Positions 49,190-58,643 of a DNA stretch of 64,000 bases are shown here, piece by piece. Both the position numbers and the translations under genes were made by a program. Numbering within the stretch: position 1 is the first letter of the stretch; each line of letters begins with the position of its first letter. Origin of the DNA: an uncultured virus (IMG/VR IMGVR_UViG_3300031857_013780) (Duplodnaviria; Heunggongvirae; Uroviricota; Caudoviricetes); IMG/VR virus record IMGVR_UViG_3300031857_013780, positions 1-64,000 of that record; one strand, written 5' to 3'. Below the pieces are notes generated by a model. The model was not told the DNA's origin. It searched no databases and saw only the letters and a list, made by a program, of their open reading frames with translations.

Positions 49190-49968
49190 AAATAATAGGT
49201 TTTGCACAACTAAGAAATGAGTTAGAAAAAGGAAATTTAGAAAATTGGTTTAGATGTATGTCTGTTTGTGATTATGTCTACATTTATGATCAAAATTCTA
49301 CAGATGGTAGCCAAGACTACTATAAAAATTTCAATAATGTTCACGTTATCGAATCTAATGAAAACAGATTTTACGATGAAATAACTTGTAAAAATGAGTT
49401 ACTAAATAAAATTTTACAAGACCACCCTGACGTTAATTGGATACTTTGGTTAGATGGTGATACGTTACTAGATAACAGGTTATTGGAGGAAAATGGAAAA
49501 ATGTTGAGGGAACTTTGTAGTAATGGTAATGATAATATGATCGACGCGTATTATTTTGGGCATTACAACCTATGGAGAAGTGACGTACACTTCAGACTTG
49601 ACGATGATTTTCATTGGTTGCATGGTAAAGTGGTTCCTCTTTGGCGTAATAATGGAAATATTAATTTCCCAATAAGTTCGGGACTTCATCAAAAACAATA
49701 CCCTAATGGTTTAAATAAAATAGTAACTGTAGACTATTCTCTTATTCATAGGGGGTTTGCAACTGATTATCAAATAATGACAAAATATGATGTTTATAAA
49801 GAAAGAGGACAAAATGGATGGGCATTAGAACGGCTATTGAGTGAACAAACTCTACACGCCGAAAAAATTAATTACGAACTTTTACCAAAATGGTTTAATA
49901 TCACTGACGAATTACACCCGTCACAAAAAGAAAAAATTAGAGACATCTATAATAAAAAAATAAATTAA
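49186..49968 (+). CDS. Glycosyltransferase family 2-like
   Basis: YDQNSTDGS and WLDGD. Confidence 0.75.
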   Translation: MKIIGFAQLRNELEKGNLENWFRCMSVCDYVYIYDQNSTDGSQDYYKNFNNVHVIESNENRFYDEITCKNELLNKILQDHPDVNWILWLDGDTLLDNRLLEENGKMLRELCSNGNDNMIDAYYFGHYNLWRSDVHFRLDDDFHWLHGKVVPLWRNNGNINFPISSGLHQKQYPNGLNKIVTVDYSLIHRGFATDYQIMTKYDVYKERGQNGWALERLLSEQTLHAEKINYELLPKWFNITDELHPSQKEKIRDIYNKKIN

Positions 49969-49975
49969 ATTTTTA

Positions 49976-50704
49976 ATGACTAAAAAAACAATAGAAGTTA
50001 TTTCTTTAATTTTTAAATCCGTAGATTATTTGAATCTAATTTATAACGAATTTAAAAAAATGAATAATAGTGTGGATGATTGGGATGTTTATTTTAGAAT
50101 TGTTGCTAATGACGCAACAGACGAAGTTTTAGAAAAACTAAAAACATTAGACATTCCATACACAATTTACAACGACCATAAACCAAATGATTACTACTTG
50201 AATAGGGTTTACAGGTGTTGGAATTTTGCTGGTAAAACTAGCGAATACGACAATATTTGTTTTGTTAATTCTGACATGGTTTTCAGTGAAAATTGGTTAG
50301 AAAATCTTTTAAAGTATCATGACGGCATTAACATACCATGCTCAAGATTAGTGGAAAGTGGTAAAATGCTTAGCGGTACCCATGGTGTTAGTTATAACTG
50401 TGGTAGATCACCTAATGATATAGACTTCGGGTTATGGGAAGCCTTAGTGGAAAAAACTAAACTGAATGAATCTCATAGCGGTGGTCTTTTTATGCCTTGC
50501 GTATTCAATAAAAAAAGATTCATAGAAAGTGGTATGTATCCTGAAGGTAACATTTATTCTGATGGTGTCGGAACACTAAATGAATTTATAGAATCCGGAG
50601 ATTCTTGGTATTTTAAAAAATTAGAATCTGAATACGGTATGAAACACATAACTATATTTGATTCCTTAGTATATCATATACAAGAAGGGGAAAAAGATTC
50701 ATAA
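49976..50704 (+). CDS. Putative glycosyltransferase (GT-A-like)
   Basis: FVNSDMVF, GD..F and VYH. Confidence 0.6.
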   Translation: MTKKTIEVISLIFKSVDYLNLIYNEFKKMNNSVDDWDVYFRIVANDATDEVLEKLKTLDIPYTIYNDHKPNDYYLNRVYRCWNFAGKTSEYDNICFVNSDMVFSENWLENLLKYHDGINIPCSRLVESGKMLSGTHGVSYNCGRSPNDIDFGLWEALVEKTKLNESHSGGLFMPCVFNKKRFIESGMYPEGNIYSDGVGTLNEFIESGDSWYFKKLESEYGMKHITIFDSLVYHIQEGEKDS

Positions 50705-50720
50705 ATTAAAAGTCTAGTGT

Positions 50721-51152
50721 ATGGAAAATTTTTACTCAAAAATAAATAATAACCAAAATAAACTATTACACCAAATCCATAGATTAAGTGAAATAGAAAA
50801 TAGAACATCACAAAGAGTTGATTTAGTAGATGAAAACCAATTCATTCAATGTTCTTCTCTGAAAATGAATAAAGGGACAACATTCAGACCTCATAAACAC
50901 ATATGGAAAGATTCTGAAGGTTCTGTTATTGCTCAAGAAAGTTGGGTAGTGATAAGAGGATCAGTTAAGTGTTATTTTTACGATACTGATGAAACACTAA
51001 TTTCAACACCGATATTATATGCTGGAGATATTAGTTTTACATTTGAGGGTGGTCATAACTATGAAATATTAGAGGACGACACTATTGTTTATGAATATAA
51101 AACTGGACCATATAAAGGTCAGGAATTAGATAAAAAATTTATAAATGGATAA
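50721..51152 (+). CDS. Cupin-fold protein (WbuC-like)
   Basis: PHKH..QE..GGHNY..EYKTGPY. Confidence 0.7.
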   Translation: MENFYSKINNNQNKLLHQIHRLSEIENRTSQRVDLVDENQFIQCSSLKMNKGTTFRPHKHIWKDSEGSVIAQESWVVIRGSVKCYFYDTDETLISTPILYAGDISFTFEGGHNYEILEDDTIVYEYKTGPYKGQELDKKFING

Positions 51153-51570
51153 AATTAAATTCAGAAAAGTAGAAAAAAAAGATTTAAATAAGATCTTTAA
51201 TCTTTTACAACAATTAACTGAAATAGATTACTCAGATAGAGACTTGGATAGTTGTTGGGATAAATTTACAGAAAACGGATCCTCAAGTTCTATTGTTGGT
51301 TTATGCGATGACGATATAATAGCTTATGGGAGTATTGTAATTGAAAATAAAATTAGGGGAGAAGTTGCTGGACACATCGAAGACATTGTAGTAGATCAAA
51401 AAATGAGAAAAAAAAACATTGGTTTAGATCTAATAAAGGAATTAGTCGAAATAGGCAAAAATAAAGGATGTTATAGAATTACTCTCATGTGTAAAGAAAA
51501 TTTAAAAAGTTTTTATGAAAAGAATAATTTTATTGTCGACGGAATATCAATGAAAAAATACTTGAATTAA
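51145..51570 (+). CDS. GNAT acetyltransferase, glucosamine-6-phosphate N-acetyltransferase (GNA1)-like
   Basis: IENKI..GHIEDIVVD..R.K.IG..GCYRITLMC..FYEK. Confidence 0.75.
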   Translation: MDKIKFRKVEKKDLNKIFNLLQQLTEIDYSDRDLDSCWDKFTENGSSSSIVGLCDDDIIAYGSIVIENKIRGEVAGHIEDIVVDQKMRKKNIGLDLIKELVEIGKNKGCYRITLMCKENLKSFYEKNNFIVDGISMKKYLN

Positions 51571-51572
51571 TT

Positions 51573-52172
51573 ATGAGTTTTGAAAATGTAATAAAATTTG
51601 AAAATAAAATATCAGAGTTTTTTGGGTCTGCTTACGCAGTTGCGGTTGATAGTTGTACCCATGGTATTGAATTATGTTTAAGATATACAAAAGAAACTAA
51701 GATTAGTGTTCCAAAAAGAACTTATCTATCGGTACCTTTTCTTGCAGAAAAATTGGGGTTAGAAAGAAGTTGGAGCGATGAAGTTTGGGAAGATTACTAT
51801 ACTTTAAATTATGGTGAAAAAAAAATAATAGACGCGGCAGTACTTTGGAGGAAAGATTCCTACGTTCCTAATACATTTATGTGTATTAGTTTTCAATATC
51901 AAAAACACCTATCTTTAGGTAGGGGAGGGGTTATATTATTAGATAATGAACACGATTACACAAATCTAAAAAAAATGTCTTATGATGGTAGACTACCAAA
52001 TTTACCTTGGAGGGATCAAAACATTGACACTATTGGGTATCATTATTACATGACTCCAGAAATAGCACAACTAGGTTTAGATAAGTTAGATGAGGCAATA
52101 AACAAAGAACCTAGAAAATGGGTGCACACTGATTGGCCCGATTTGACAGAAATGAAAGTTTTTAAAAAATAA
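51573..52172 (+). CDS. Short DegT/DnrJ/EryC1/StrS PLP-dependent aminotransferase-like protein
   Basis: AVAVDSCTHGI, DAA, SFQYQKHLSLGRGG and GYHYYM; only 199 aa. Confidence 0.75.
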   Translation: MSFENVIKFENKISEFFGSAYAVAVDSCTHGIELCLRYTKETKISVPKRTYLSVPFLAEKLGLERSWSDEVWEDYYTLNYGEKKIIDAAVLWRKDSYVPNTFMCISFQYQKHLSLGRGGVILLDNEHDYTNLKKMSYDGRLPNLPWRDQNIDTIGYHYYMTPEIAQLGLDKLDEAINKEPRKWVHTDWPDLTEMKVFKK

Positions 52173-52179
52173 AAAAATT

Positions 52180-52356
52180 ATGTATGAATTGTGGCAAACT
52201 GTAGATGATTTTAACGTAACGTATCCTTTTTTTTTATTAGATAAAGGTGACTTTGATGAAATATATATTAAGTTTAAAAAAAATAAAAACACTGTAATAA
52301 CCGACAAAAAAGGAAAAATAATCAAATCACATATTGAAATTAAAAGTAATGAGTAA
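52180..52356 (+). CDS. Small hypothetical protein (58 aa), missing from the ORF track
   Basis: Manual translation MYELWQTVDDFNVTYPFFLLDKGDFDEIYIKFKK...; fills the gap and overlaps the gmd start. Confidence 0.5.
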   Translation: MYELWQTVDDFNVTYPFFLLDKGDFDEIYIKFKKNKNTVITDKKGKIIKSHIEIKSNE

Positions 52357-53332
52357 AAATAAAAAAGCATTTATAACAGGGATTGGTGGTCAAGATGGTA
52401 GTTACTTAGCCGAGTATTTACTTTCTTTAGGGTATGACGTTTATGGTATAGTAAGAAGAAATTCAACTCCCGAACATCAACAAACAAGATTAGACCCAAT
52501 AAAAAACAAATTAAAAATATTTTATGGAGATTTGTTGGACCAAGGAGGGATTGAGCGTTTATTGGACGATATACAACCAGACGAGATATATAATATCGCT
52601 GCACAATCGCATGTAAGAATTAGTTTTGATATACCTCAATTCACTGTTCAAACAAATTCTTTAGGTGTTTTGAACATTTTGGAAGCATATAGGAGATCTT
52701 GTCCTTCTGCTAAATTTTATCAAGCTAGTTCATCTGAAATGTTTGGTAATTCTGTAGATGATGATGGGTTTCAAAGAGAAACAACCCCTATGACTCCCGT
52801 TTCACCTTATGGTTGCTCAAAAGTATTTGGTTACAATATTGTTAGAAATTACAGGAATGCTTATAAATTACATGCGGTAAATGGAATATTATTCAATCAC
52901 GAATCACCAAGGAGAGGATCTAACTTTGTAACAAATAAAGTAGTTAAAGCTGCGGTTAAAATTAAATTAGGTTTACAAGATAAATTAGAATTGGGTAATA
53001 TGGACTCATATAGGGATTGGGGACATTCTAAAGATTATGTTAGAGCAATGCATATGATAATCAATAATTATAGTCCCGAAGACTTTGTTGTTTCTACAAT
53101 GCAAACACATTCGGTACGTGAAATGGTTGATTATGTTTTTACAAAACTAGAATTAGATTACAGAGAATATGTTGTACAAAACCCAAAACACATGAGACCA
53201 GAAGAACTAAAATATTTAAAGGGAGACTCAACAAAAATAAGAAAAACATTAGGATGGGAACCGGAATATACTTTTGAAATGTTAATGGATGAAATGGTTG
53301 AGTATTGGATGAATCATTATACAAAAAAATAA
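52349..53332 (+). CDS. gmd: GDP-mannose 4,6-dehydratase
   Basis: ITGIGGQDGSYL, AAQSHV, QASSSE, SPYGCSK, FNHESPRRG and RDWGH. Confidence 0.95.
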   Translation: MSKNKKAFITGIGGQDGSYLAEYLLSLGYDVYGIVRRNSTPEHQQTRLDPIKNKLKIFYGDLLDQGGIERLLDDIQPDEIYNIAAQSHVRISFDIPQFTVQTNSLGVLNILEAYRRSCPSAKFYQASSSEMFGNSVDDDGFQRETTPMTPVSPYGCSKVFGYNIVRNYRNAYKLHAVNGILFNHESPRRGSNFVTNKVVKAAVKIKLGLQDKLELGNMDSYRDWGHSKDYVRAMHMIINNYSPEDFVVSTMQTHSVREMVDYVFTKLELDYREYVVQNPKHMRPEELKYLKGDSTKIRKTLGWEPEYTFEMLMDEMVEYWMNHYTKK

Positions 53333-53351
53333 ATAATAAATTCAAATAAAA

Positions 53352-54275
53352 ATGGATAATAAAATTGGTTGGTTAGTTAACGATACTTTAACGTGTATAC
53401 CAAACACAAAGACATTTTGGCACGATTTGTTAGAATGGTTCCCTAACTTACAGGATAAATGTAATGGTTACACTGATTTTTCTGTACTTGCCGAAAAAAT
53501 AGAATCAATAAAAGATAGACCTGATTATATTATTAGAAATGGAACTTATTTTCGTAAGTTAAATATCGACGTACCCACTTTTTGTTTAATTCAAGATACA
53601 TATAATGACCCGGTACAGACAGAAGTAATAAACACATCAACGTGTGTTGTATTTGCATCTAAACAAACATACAATATCTATAAAGACAGAATTAATCCAA
53701 AAAACGTAAGGATAATTGAACAGTCATCTGATTTTGATTTTTTTAAACCGATTGAAGAACGTCATCCCGATGTTTTACCTAATTCAATAATTTTTATTGG
53801 TGACTCTTCACATGAAAAAAAAGGGTTTCATAGGGTATTAAATTTAATAGAATTATTACCTGAATTTAATTTTTGTTTAGTAATGAAGGATAATACAAGT
53901 ATAGAGGCAATACCAGAAAATAGTAGGAATAGGGTTCGTATTTTTAATAAGGTTGATAGGGGTACGGTCAGACTTTTAATTAATTCGTCAGTATGTGCGA
54001 TATGTACTTCAGGTAATGAGGAAGGGCATTTTGCAGGAATTGAAATTGGGGCGTGTAACATACCTATGGTGTCAAGACCTATGGGTTGTTACTTAGATAG
54101 AAAAGACGATAAGAGTTGGGGTTTAATTTCAAGTGATGAGGATTTCCCTGAGACCATAAGATATGTTGTTAATAATCTTAATTTATTTTCTCCACGTAAA
54201 TATTATTCTAAAGATTATACTTTAGATAGTTGTCGTAAAAAATGGACTAATTTAATAAATGAGTTTGTCAAATAA
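53352..54275 (+). CDS. Putative glycosyltransferase (GT4-like)
   Basis: FIG..EKKG and EEGHFAGIEIGACNIPMV. Confidence 0.7.
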   Translation: MDNKIGWLVNDTLTCIPNTKTFWHDLLEWFPNLQDKCNGYTDFSVLAEKIESIKDRPDYIIRNGTYFRKLNIDVPTFCLIQDTYNDPVQTEVINTSTCVVFASKQTYNIYKDRINPKNVRIIEQSSDFDFFKPIEERHPDVLPNSIIFIGDSSHEKKGFHRVLNLIELLPEFNFCLVMKDNTSIEAIPENSRNRVRIFNKVDRGTVRLLINSSVCAICTSGNEEGHFAGIEIGACNIPMVSRPMGCYLDRKDDKSWGLISSDEDFPETIRYVVNNLNLFSPRKYYSKDYTLDSCRKKWTNLINEFVK

Positions 54276-54284
54276 TTTATTAAT

Positions 54285-55133
54285 ATGAAATTTACAGTAG
54301 AGGTTTTATCTGGTCTGTGTAATGTTCTTAAATCATTTGTGACAGCATTAAGTATGACAGATGTTGGTAATACTAATATTTTACCTAAATATAATAATTG
54401 GTTTGACGCAAATTATACTGAAATTTTAGATGACTCTTTAATTTGCCACGGCGATCATGAATTTGGGGAATCTTTTGTTTCTGCTAGATTCCTTATTTTG
54501 AAATCAGAAGAAGCAGATCAACCAGACTTAATTAATGATGCAAAAAGTTTAGGGGACCACCCAAATATTAGAAACAAATCGTTATCACATTTATTTTCAA
54601 CACACTCCATAGATTGGTTTTATGATAGAAATCTTATATCCGATAAAGTGTATAAAAGAATACAAACAGGAATTAATAGAATCAAATGGAAAGATGAAGT
54701 TTTATCTGAGGTTGGCAGAGTTTCAAAAGATTTTGAATATCCGTTATTAACGGTACAAATACGAACTTGGACACATAGATTTGACCCGCCTAATTGCACA
54801 AGTATACGTGATGGGGTTGTAAGAGATTATAATTTTGAAACGTATAAAAACGCGATTGATGGTTTTCTACAAAATGAGAATCCTCCAAAAACAATTTTTT
54901 TGACTTCAGATTCTGATTCTGTGTTACAAACTTATATTGATTATTTTAAAAATTATAATGTAAACGTAGTAACATATACCCAACCAGATAATATTACTCA
55001 AATGCAGTACTCCGCAGCAAGCATGTTAATTGGGTCAAAGTGTGATATGTTAGTATGTAATCGTTTGAGTACATTCGCAGAATGTATTTGGTGGTTTGGT
55101 GAATGTAAAGCAAAAACAATACCGTTGTTTTAA
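54285..55133 (+). CDS. Putative fucosyltransferase-like GT (GT11/GT23/O-FucT-like)
   Basis: SGLCN N-terminus, VQIRTW, IFLTSD and STF..W; close to gmd. Confidence 0.55.
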   Translation: MKFTVEVLSGLCNVLKSFVTALSMTDVGNTNILPKYNNWFDANYTEILDDSLICHGDHEFGESFVSARFLILKSEEADQPDLINDAKSLGDHPNIRNKSLSHLFSTHSIDWFYDRNLISDKVYKRIQTGINRIKWKDEVLSEVGRVSKDFEYPLLTVQIRTWTHRFDPPNCTSIRDGVVRDYNFETYKNAIDGFLQNENPPKTIFLTSDSDSVLQTYIDYFKNYNVNVVTYTQPDNITQMQYSAASMLIGSKCDMLVCNRLSTFAECIWWFGECKAKTIPLF

Positions 55134-55157
55134 AAAATAAATTAAAAAAAATATATT

Positions 55158-55685
55158 ATGGAAGATAAGTTAGGTTACCCCGGGTTTAAACACAACCATT
55201 CGGATTTTATTGCAGAACTAGTAAAACAAATAAATTGTAAAACATACTTAGAATTAGGTGTGTACGATGGTACCACAATGTCCTTAGTTTATCCACATGT
55301 AAAAAAATTAATTGGGGTCGATATTAAAGATGTTAGGAATTTTAAAGGGGGCGATTTTTACTTAGAAAGCACCGACAGTTTTTTTTCCCATTTCAATGAA
55401 ATTGTAGATGTTGTCTTTATTGATGCCGATCACAATTTCGAATCAGTAAAAAAAGATTTCGAAAATTCTATAAAGTTATTAAACAAATTCGGCATGATAA
55501 TTTTACATGACACTGACCCAATGGAAGAAATGTACTTGAATCCTAATTATTGTGGTGACTCATATAAAATGGATGAATGGATTAGAGAAAACTATACAGA
55601 TTTGGATATTATGACACTACCTTTAACACAAGCGGGTTTAACAATTGTAAAAAGAAAATCCGATAAAAGAATTAATAATTTTTAA
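55158..55685 (+). CDS. Class I SAM-dependent methyltransferase
   Basis: YLELGVYDG, FIDADH and GMIILHD. Confidence 0.85.
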   Translation: MEDKLGYPGFKHNHSDFIAELVKQINCKTYLELGVYDGTTMSLVYPHVKKLIGVDIKDVRNFKGGDFYLESTDSFFSHFNEIVDVVFIDADHNFESVKKDFENSIKLLNKFGMIILHDTDPMEEMYLNPNYCGDSYKMDEWIRENYTDLDIMTLPLTQAGLTIVKRKSDKRINNF

Positions 55686-56648
55686 ATGAAAAAAGAAAAG
55701 GTATTAGTAGTAGGAGGATCGGGTTACATTGGCGGTTTAACCTGTGATTATTTAATAAGAGACGGTTTCGATGTTACTGTTTTTGATAATTTATTGTATG
55801 AGAATAGATTTTTAAAAGATATTAGTTTTATACATGGAGATATCAGAGATACTGAAAAAATTTATGAGGTCTCAAAAGATTTTGACGTAATAGTTTTGAT
55901 GGCAGCTTTGGTTGGTGATCCTGCATGTAGTGTTGACCCTACCTTAACCGAAGAAATCAATTTTAAATCCATAAAAAATTTTTGTGACGTAGTTTTACCA
56001 AATAAACATTTAGTGTTCATGTCAACCTGTTCTGTTTATGGCGCACAAGAAGGTCTTTTAAATGAAGAGAGCCCCACTAACCCACTGTCTTCTTACGCTT
56101 CAACAAAACTAGCTGCCGAAAAATATATTTTAGATAAGGGCGGAACCGTATTTAGGTTAGGTACTGTTTTTGGTTTAGGGGATACATACTCAAGGTTAAG
56201 AATGGATTTAGTTGTTAACGTGCTGACAATGAAAGCAGTAAAAGAAAATGAGATAACAATAAATGGTGGAGAACAATGGAGACCAATCATCGCAGTAAAA
56301 GATATTGCAGAATATGTTACAGAAGCATGTAAAGAAAAATATAGTGGTGTATTTGTTTTAGCAAAAGAAAATGTTATAATTAGAGAGTTAGGTGAAAAAG
56401 TTGCAAAACTAATACCAGGGACTAAAATAAACTATACAGAAATTTCTTTTCAAGATGCGAGAAATTATAGAGTTGATAACACAAAATCTTTGGTGACTTT
56501 TAAATACAAACCACAAGTAACTGTAGAAGATGAAGTAAAAAGAATGTTAGAGATGTTTAAAGAAAATAGGGTAAAAAACCCAGAAGATAAAGTTTACCAC
56601 AATGGTGCTTATTTAAAAAATAAAAAAGAAAAAAACGAAGTTATTTAA
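55686..56648 (+). CDS. NAD-dependent nucleotide-sugar epimerase/dehydratase
   Basis: GGSGYIG, STCSVYG and YASTK (YxxxK). Confidence 0.9.
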   Translation: MKKEKVLVVGGSGYIGGLTCDYLIRDGFDVTVFDNLLYENRFLKDISFIHGDIRDTEKIYEVSKDFDVIVLMAALVGDPACSVDPTLTEEINFKSIKNFCDVVLPNKHLVFMSTCSVYGAQEGLLNEESPTNPLSSYASTKLAAEKYILDKGGTVFRLGTVFGLGDTYSRLRMDLVVNVLTMKAVKENEITINGGEQWRPIIAVKDIAEYVTEACKEKYSGVFVLAKENVIIRELGEKVAKLIPGTKINYTEISFQDARNYRVDNTKSLVTFKYKPQVTVEDEVKRMLEMFKENRVKNPEDKVYHNGAYLKNKKEKNEVI

Positions 56649-57064
56649 TGGAAACAAAAATATTAAATGGTGGGTTATCGGTAGACGATAGAGGTTCGGT
56701 TAGTTTTGTAAATGATTTTAACTTTAACGGAGTAAAAAGATTTTACCAAGTTGAAAATCACAGAAGGGGGTTCATAAGGGCATGGCACGGACACAAAAAT
56801 GAAGGTAAATACGTATATGTGACAAGTGGTTCGGCATTGATTGGTGTAGTAGATATGGAAACTGAAGAAATAAAAAAGTTTGTATTAAGTAGTAAAACAC
56901 CAAAAATACTATGGATACCACCAGGTAATTATAATGGGTTTAAATCATTAGAAGAAAATACAAAAATAATATTTTTTTCAACATCAACATTAGATGAAAG
57001 TTTAGGTGACGATATTAGACAAGAACACGACAAGTGGGATATATGGAATGAAGAATATAGATAA
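56648..57064 (+). CDS. RmlC-like cupin sugar epimerase/isomerase
   Basis: DDRG, RAWHGH and LWIPPG..NGF. Confidence 0.8.
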   Translation: METKILNGGLSVDDRGSVSFVNDFNFNGVKRFYQVENHRRGFIRAWHGHKNEGKYVYVTSGSALIGVVDMETEEIKKFVLSSKTPKILWIPPGNYNGFKSLEENTKIIFFSTSTLDESLGDDIRQEHDKWDIWNEEYR

Positions 57065-57081
57065 AATATAAAATATAAAAT

Positions 57082-57906
57082 ATGAAAATTTTTGTTATTG
57101 GAAGTACTGGAATGTTAGGGAAATACGTGTCTACGTATTTGAATGATTATTATGAAGTGGTTGAAATTAATAGAAAAGATATAGATGCGTCTTTAATTAA
57201 AGAGTCTGAATTAAAGGCAAGGTTTCTACATTTAAAAATTAATGAGGGCGACGTAGTAATTAACTGTGCCGGCACAATAAAACCAAGAGTAGACCAATTA
57301 GGTGATTTAAATGCGGTGTTAGTAAACTCAGTATTCCCAAGAATTTTAGCGAATGTATGTGACTATTACAAAGTAAAAATGATCCATCCAACAACTGACT
57401 GTGTATATTCAGGTAACAAAGGTAGTTATTCTGAAAATGATAATTATGACGTTTATGATGTATATGGAATGTCTAAAGCACTTGGAGAACCAAAAAATTG
57501 TACAGTTATAAGAACATCGATTATAGGTGAAGAAGTAAATCAAGGCAGATCGCTTATAGAATGGGTTAAGTCTGAAAAAAATAAAACAGTTAATGGGTTT
57601 ACTAATCATTTTTGGAATGGTGTAACTTGTCTAGAATTTGCAAAAATTTGTAAAAAAATGATTGATGAAAATTTATTTTGGAATGGTACAAAACATTTAC
57701 ATTCAAATACGTTAAATAAAAAGGAATTAGTTGAATTAATAAGTAAATCATTTGAACTTAACGTTACTGTGGTTGAAAAACAAACTGAAAAAACTTGTGA
57801 TAGAAGTTTGTCTACAATATATGATGATATAAACAAATTTGATATACCTACATTAAAAGATCAACTTAACGAGTTAAAGGATTTTTCAATCAAACTTTAT
57901 AAATAA
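57082..57906 (+). CDS. RmlD-like NDP-4-keto-6-deoxysugar reductase
   Basis: GSTGMLG, NCAG, TDCVYSG, YGMSKALGE and RTSIIG. Confidence 0.85.
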   Translation: MKIFVIGSTGMLGKYVSTYLNDYYEVVEINRKDIDASLIKESELKARFLHLKINEGDVVINCAGTIKPRVDQLGDLNAVLVNSVFPRILANVCDYYKVKMIHPTTDCVYSGNKGSYSENDNYDVYDVYGMSKALGEPKNCTVIRTSIIGEEVNQGRSLIEWVKSEKNKTVNGFTNHFWNGVTCLEFAKICKKMIDENLFWNGTKHLHSNTLNKKELVELISKSFELNVTVVEKQTEKTCDRSLSTIYDDINKFDIPTLKDQLNELKDFSIKLYK

Positions 57907-57911
57907 AAACT

Positions 57912-58643
57912 ATGACAAGAAAAAAACAACCACAAACCGAAGAACAAGAATCCAAACCTTTTTCAAAAAAAGACTTTATAAATTCAATAGTAAAGAAAAA
58001 ACAAAAAAATAAGTTTTTAACTGAAAGTCAAGAACATTATTATAACCTCCTAAGAAACAATCAAATCACAATTTGTTCGGGACCAGCAGGTGTTGGTAAA
58101 TCCTACATCGCAATGAAAGCGGCGGTTGATTTATTAATGGACCCATCAAATGCATATGAAAAATTGGTTATTGTTAGGCCGGCAGTAGAAGCTGAAGAAA
58201 AACTTGGTTCATTACCTGGTAACTTAGAAGAAAAATTAGACCCTTACATTTTTCCATCTTATTATCTATTAAATAAAATTATAGGTAAGGAGGCAAGAGA
58301 AAAATTAAAAGATGCCGAAATTATTGAAGTATTTGCTTTAGCATACATGAGAGGTATGAATATAGATAATACAATTTTAATATTTGAAGAAGCTCAAAAC
58401 TCAAGCCCAAATCAAATGAAATTACTATTGACAAGAATAGGATTCAATAGTAAATTCTTTATATCAGGAGATATTGAACAAACTGACCGTTATAGGGACA
58501 AAAAACAATCAGGTCTTTATGACGCAATTAAAAAGTTTAATGATGTTCACGATATTGGTGTGTTTGAGTTTGGTGATGGAGATGTGGTAAGAAACCCTCT
58601 TATAAGTAAGTTATTAAAAAAATATGAAGAGAATAGGGATTGA
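57912..58643 (+). CDS. phoH: PhoH-family ATPase
   Basis: GPAGVGKS, RPAVE, LPGNLEEK, YMRG, EAQN, LTRIG, GDIEQ and DVVRNPL. Confidence 0.93.
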   Translation: MTRKKQPQTEEQESKPFSKKDFINSIVKKKQKNKFLTESQEHYYNLLRNNQITICSGPAGVGKSYIAMKAAVDLLMDPSNAYEKLVIVRPAVEAEEKLGSLPGNLEEKLDPYIFPSYYLLNKIIGKEAREKLKDAEIIEVFALAYMRGMNIDNTILIFEEAQNSSPNQMKLLLTRIGFNSKFFISGDIEQTDRYRDKKQSGLYDAIKKFNDVHDIGVFEFGDGDVVRNPLISKLLKKYEENRD

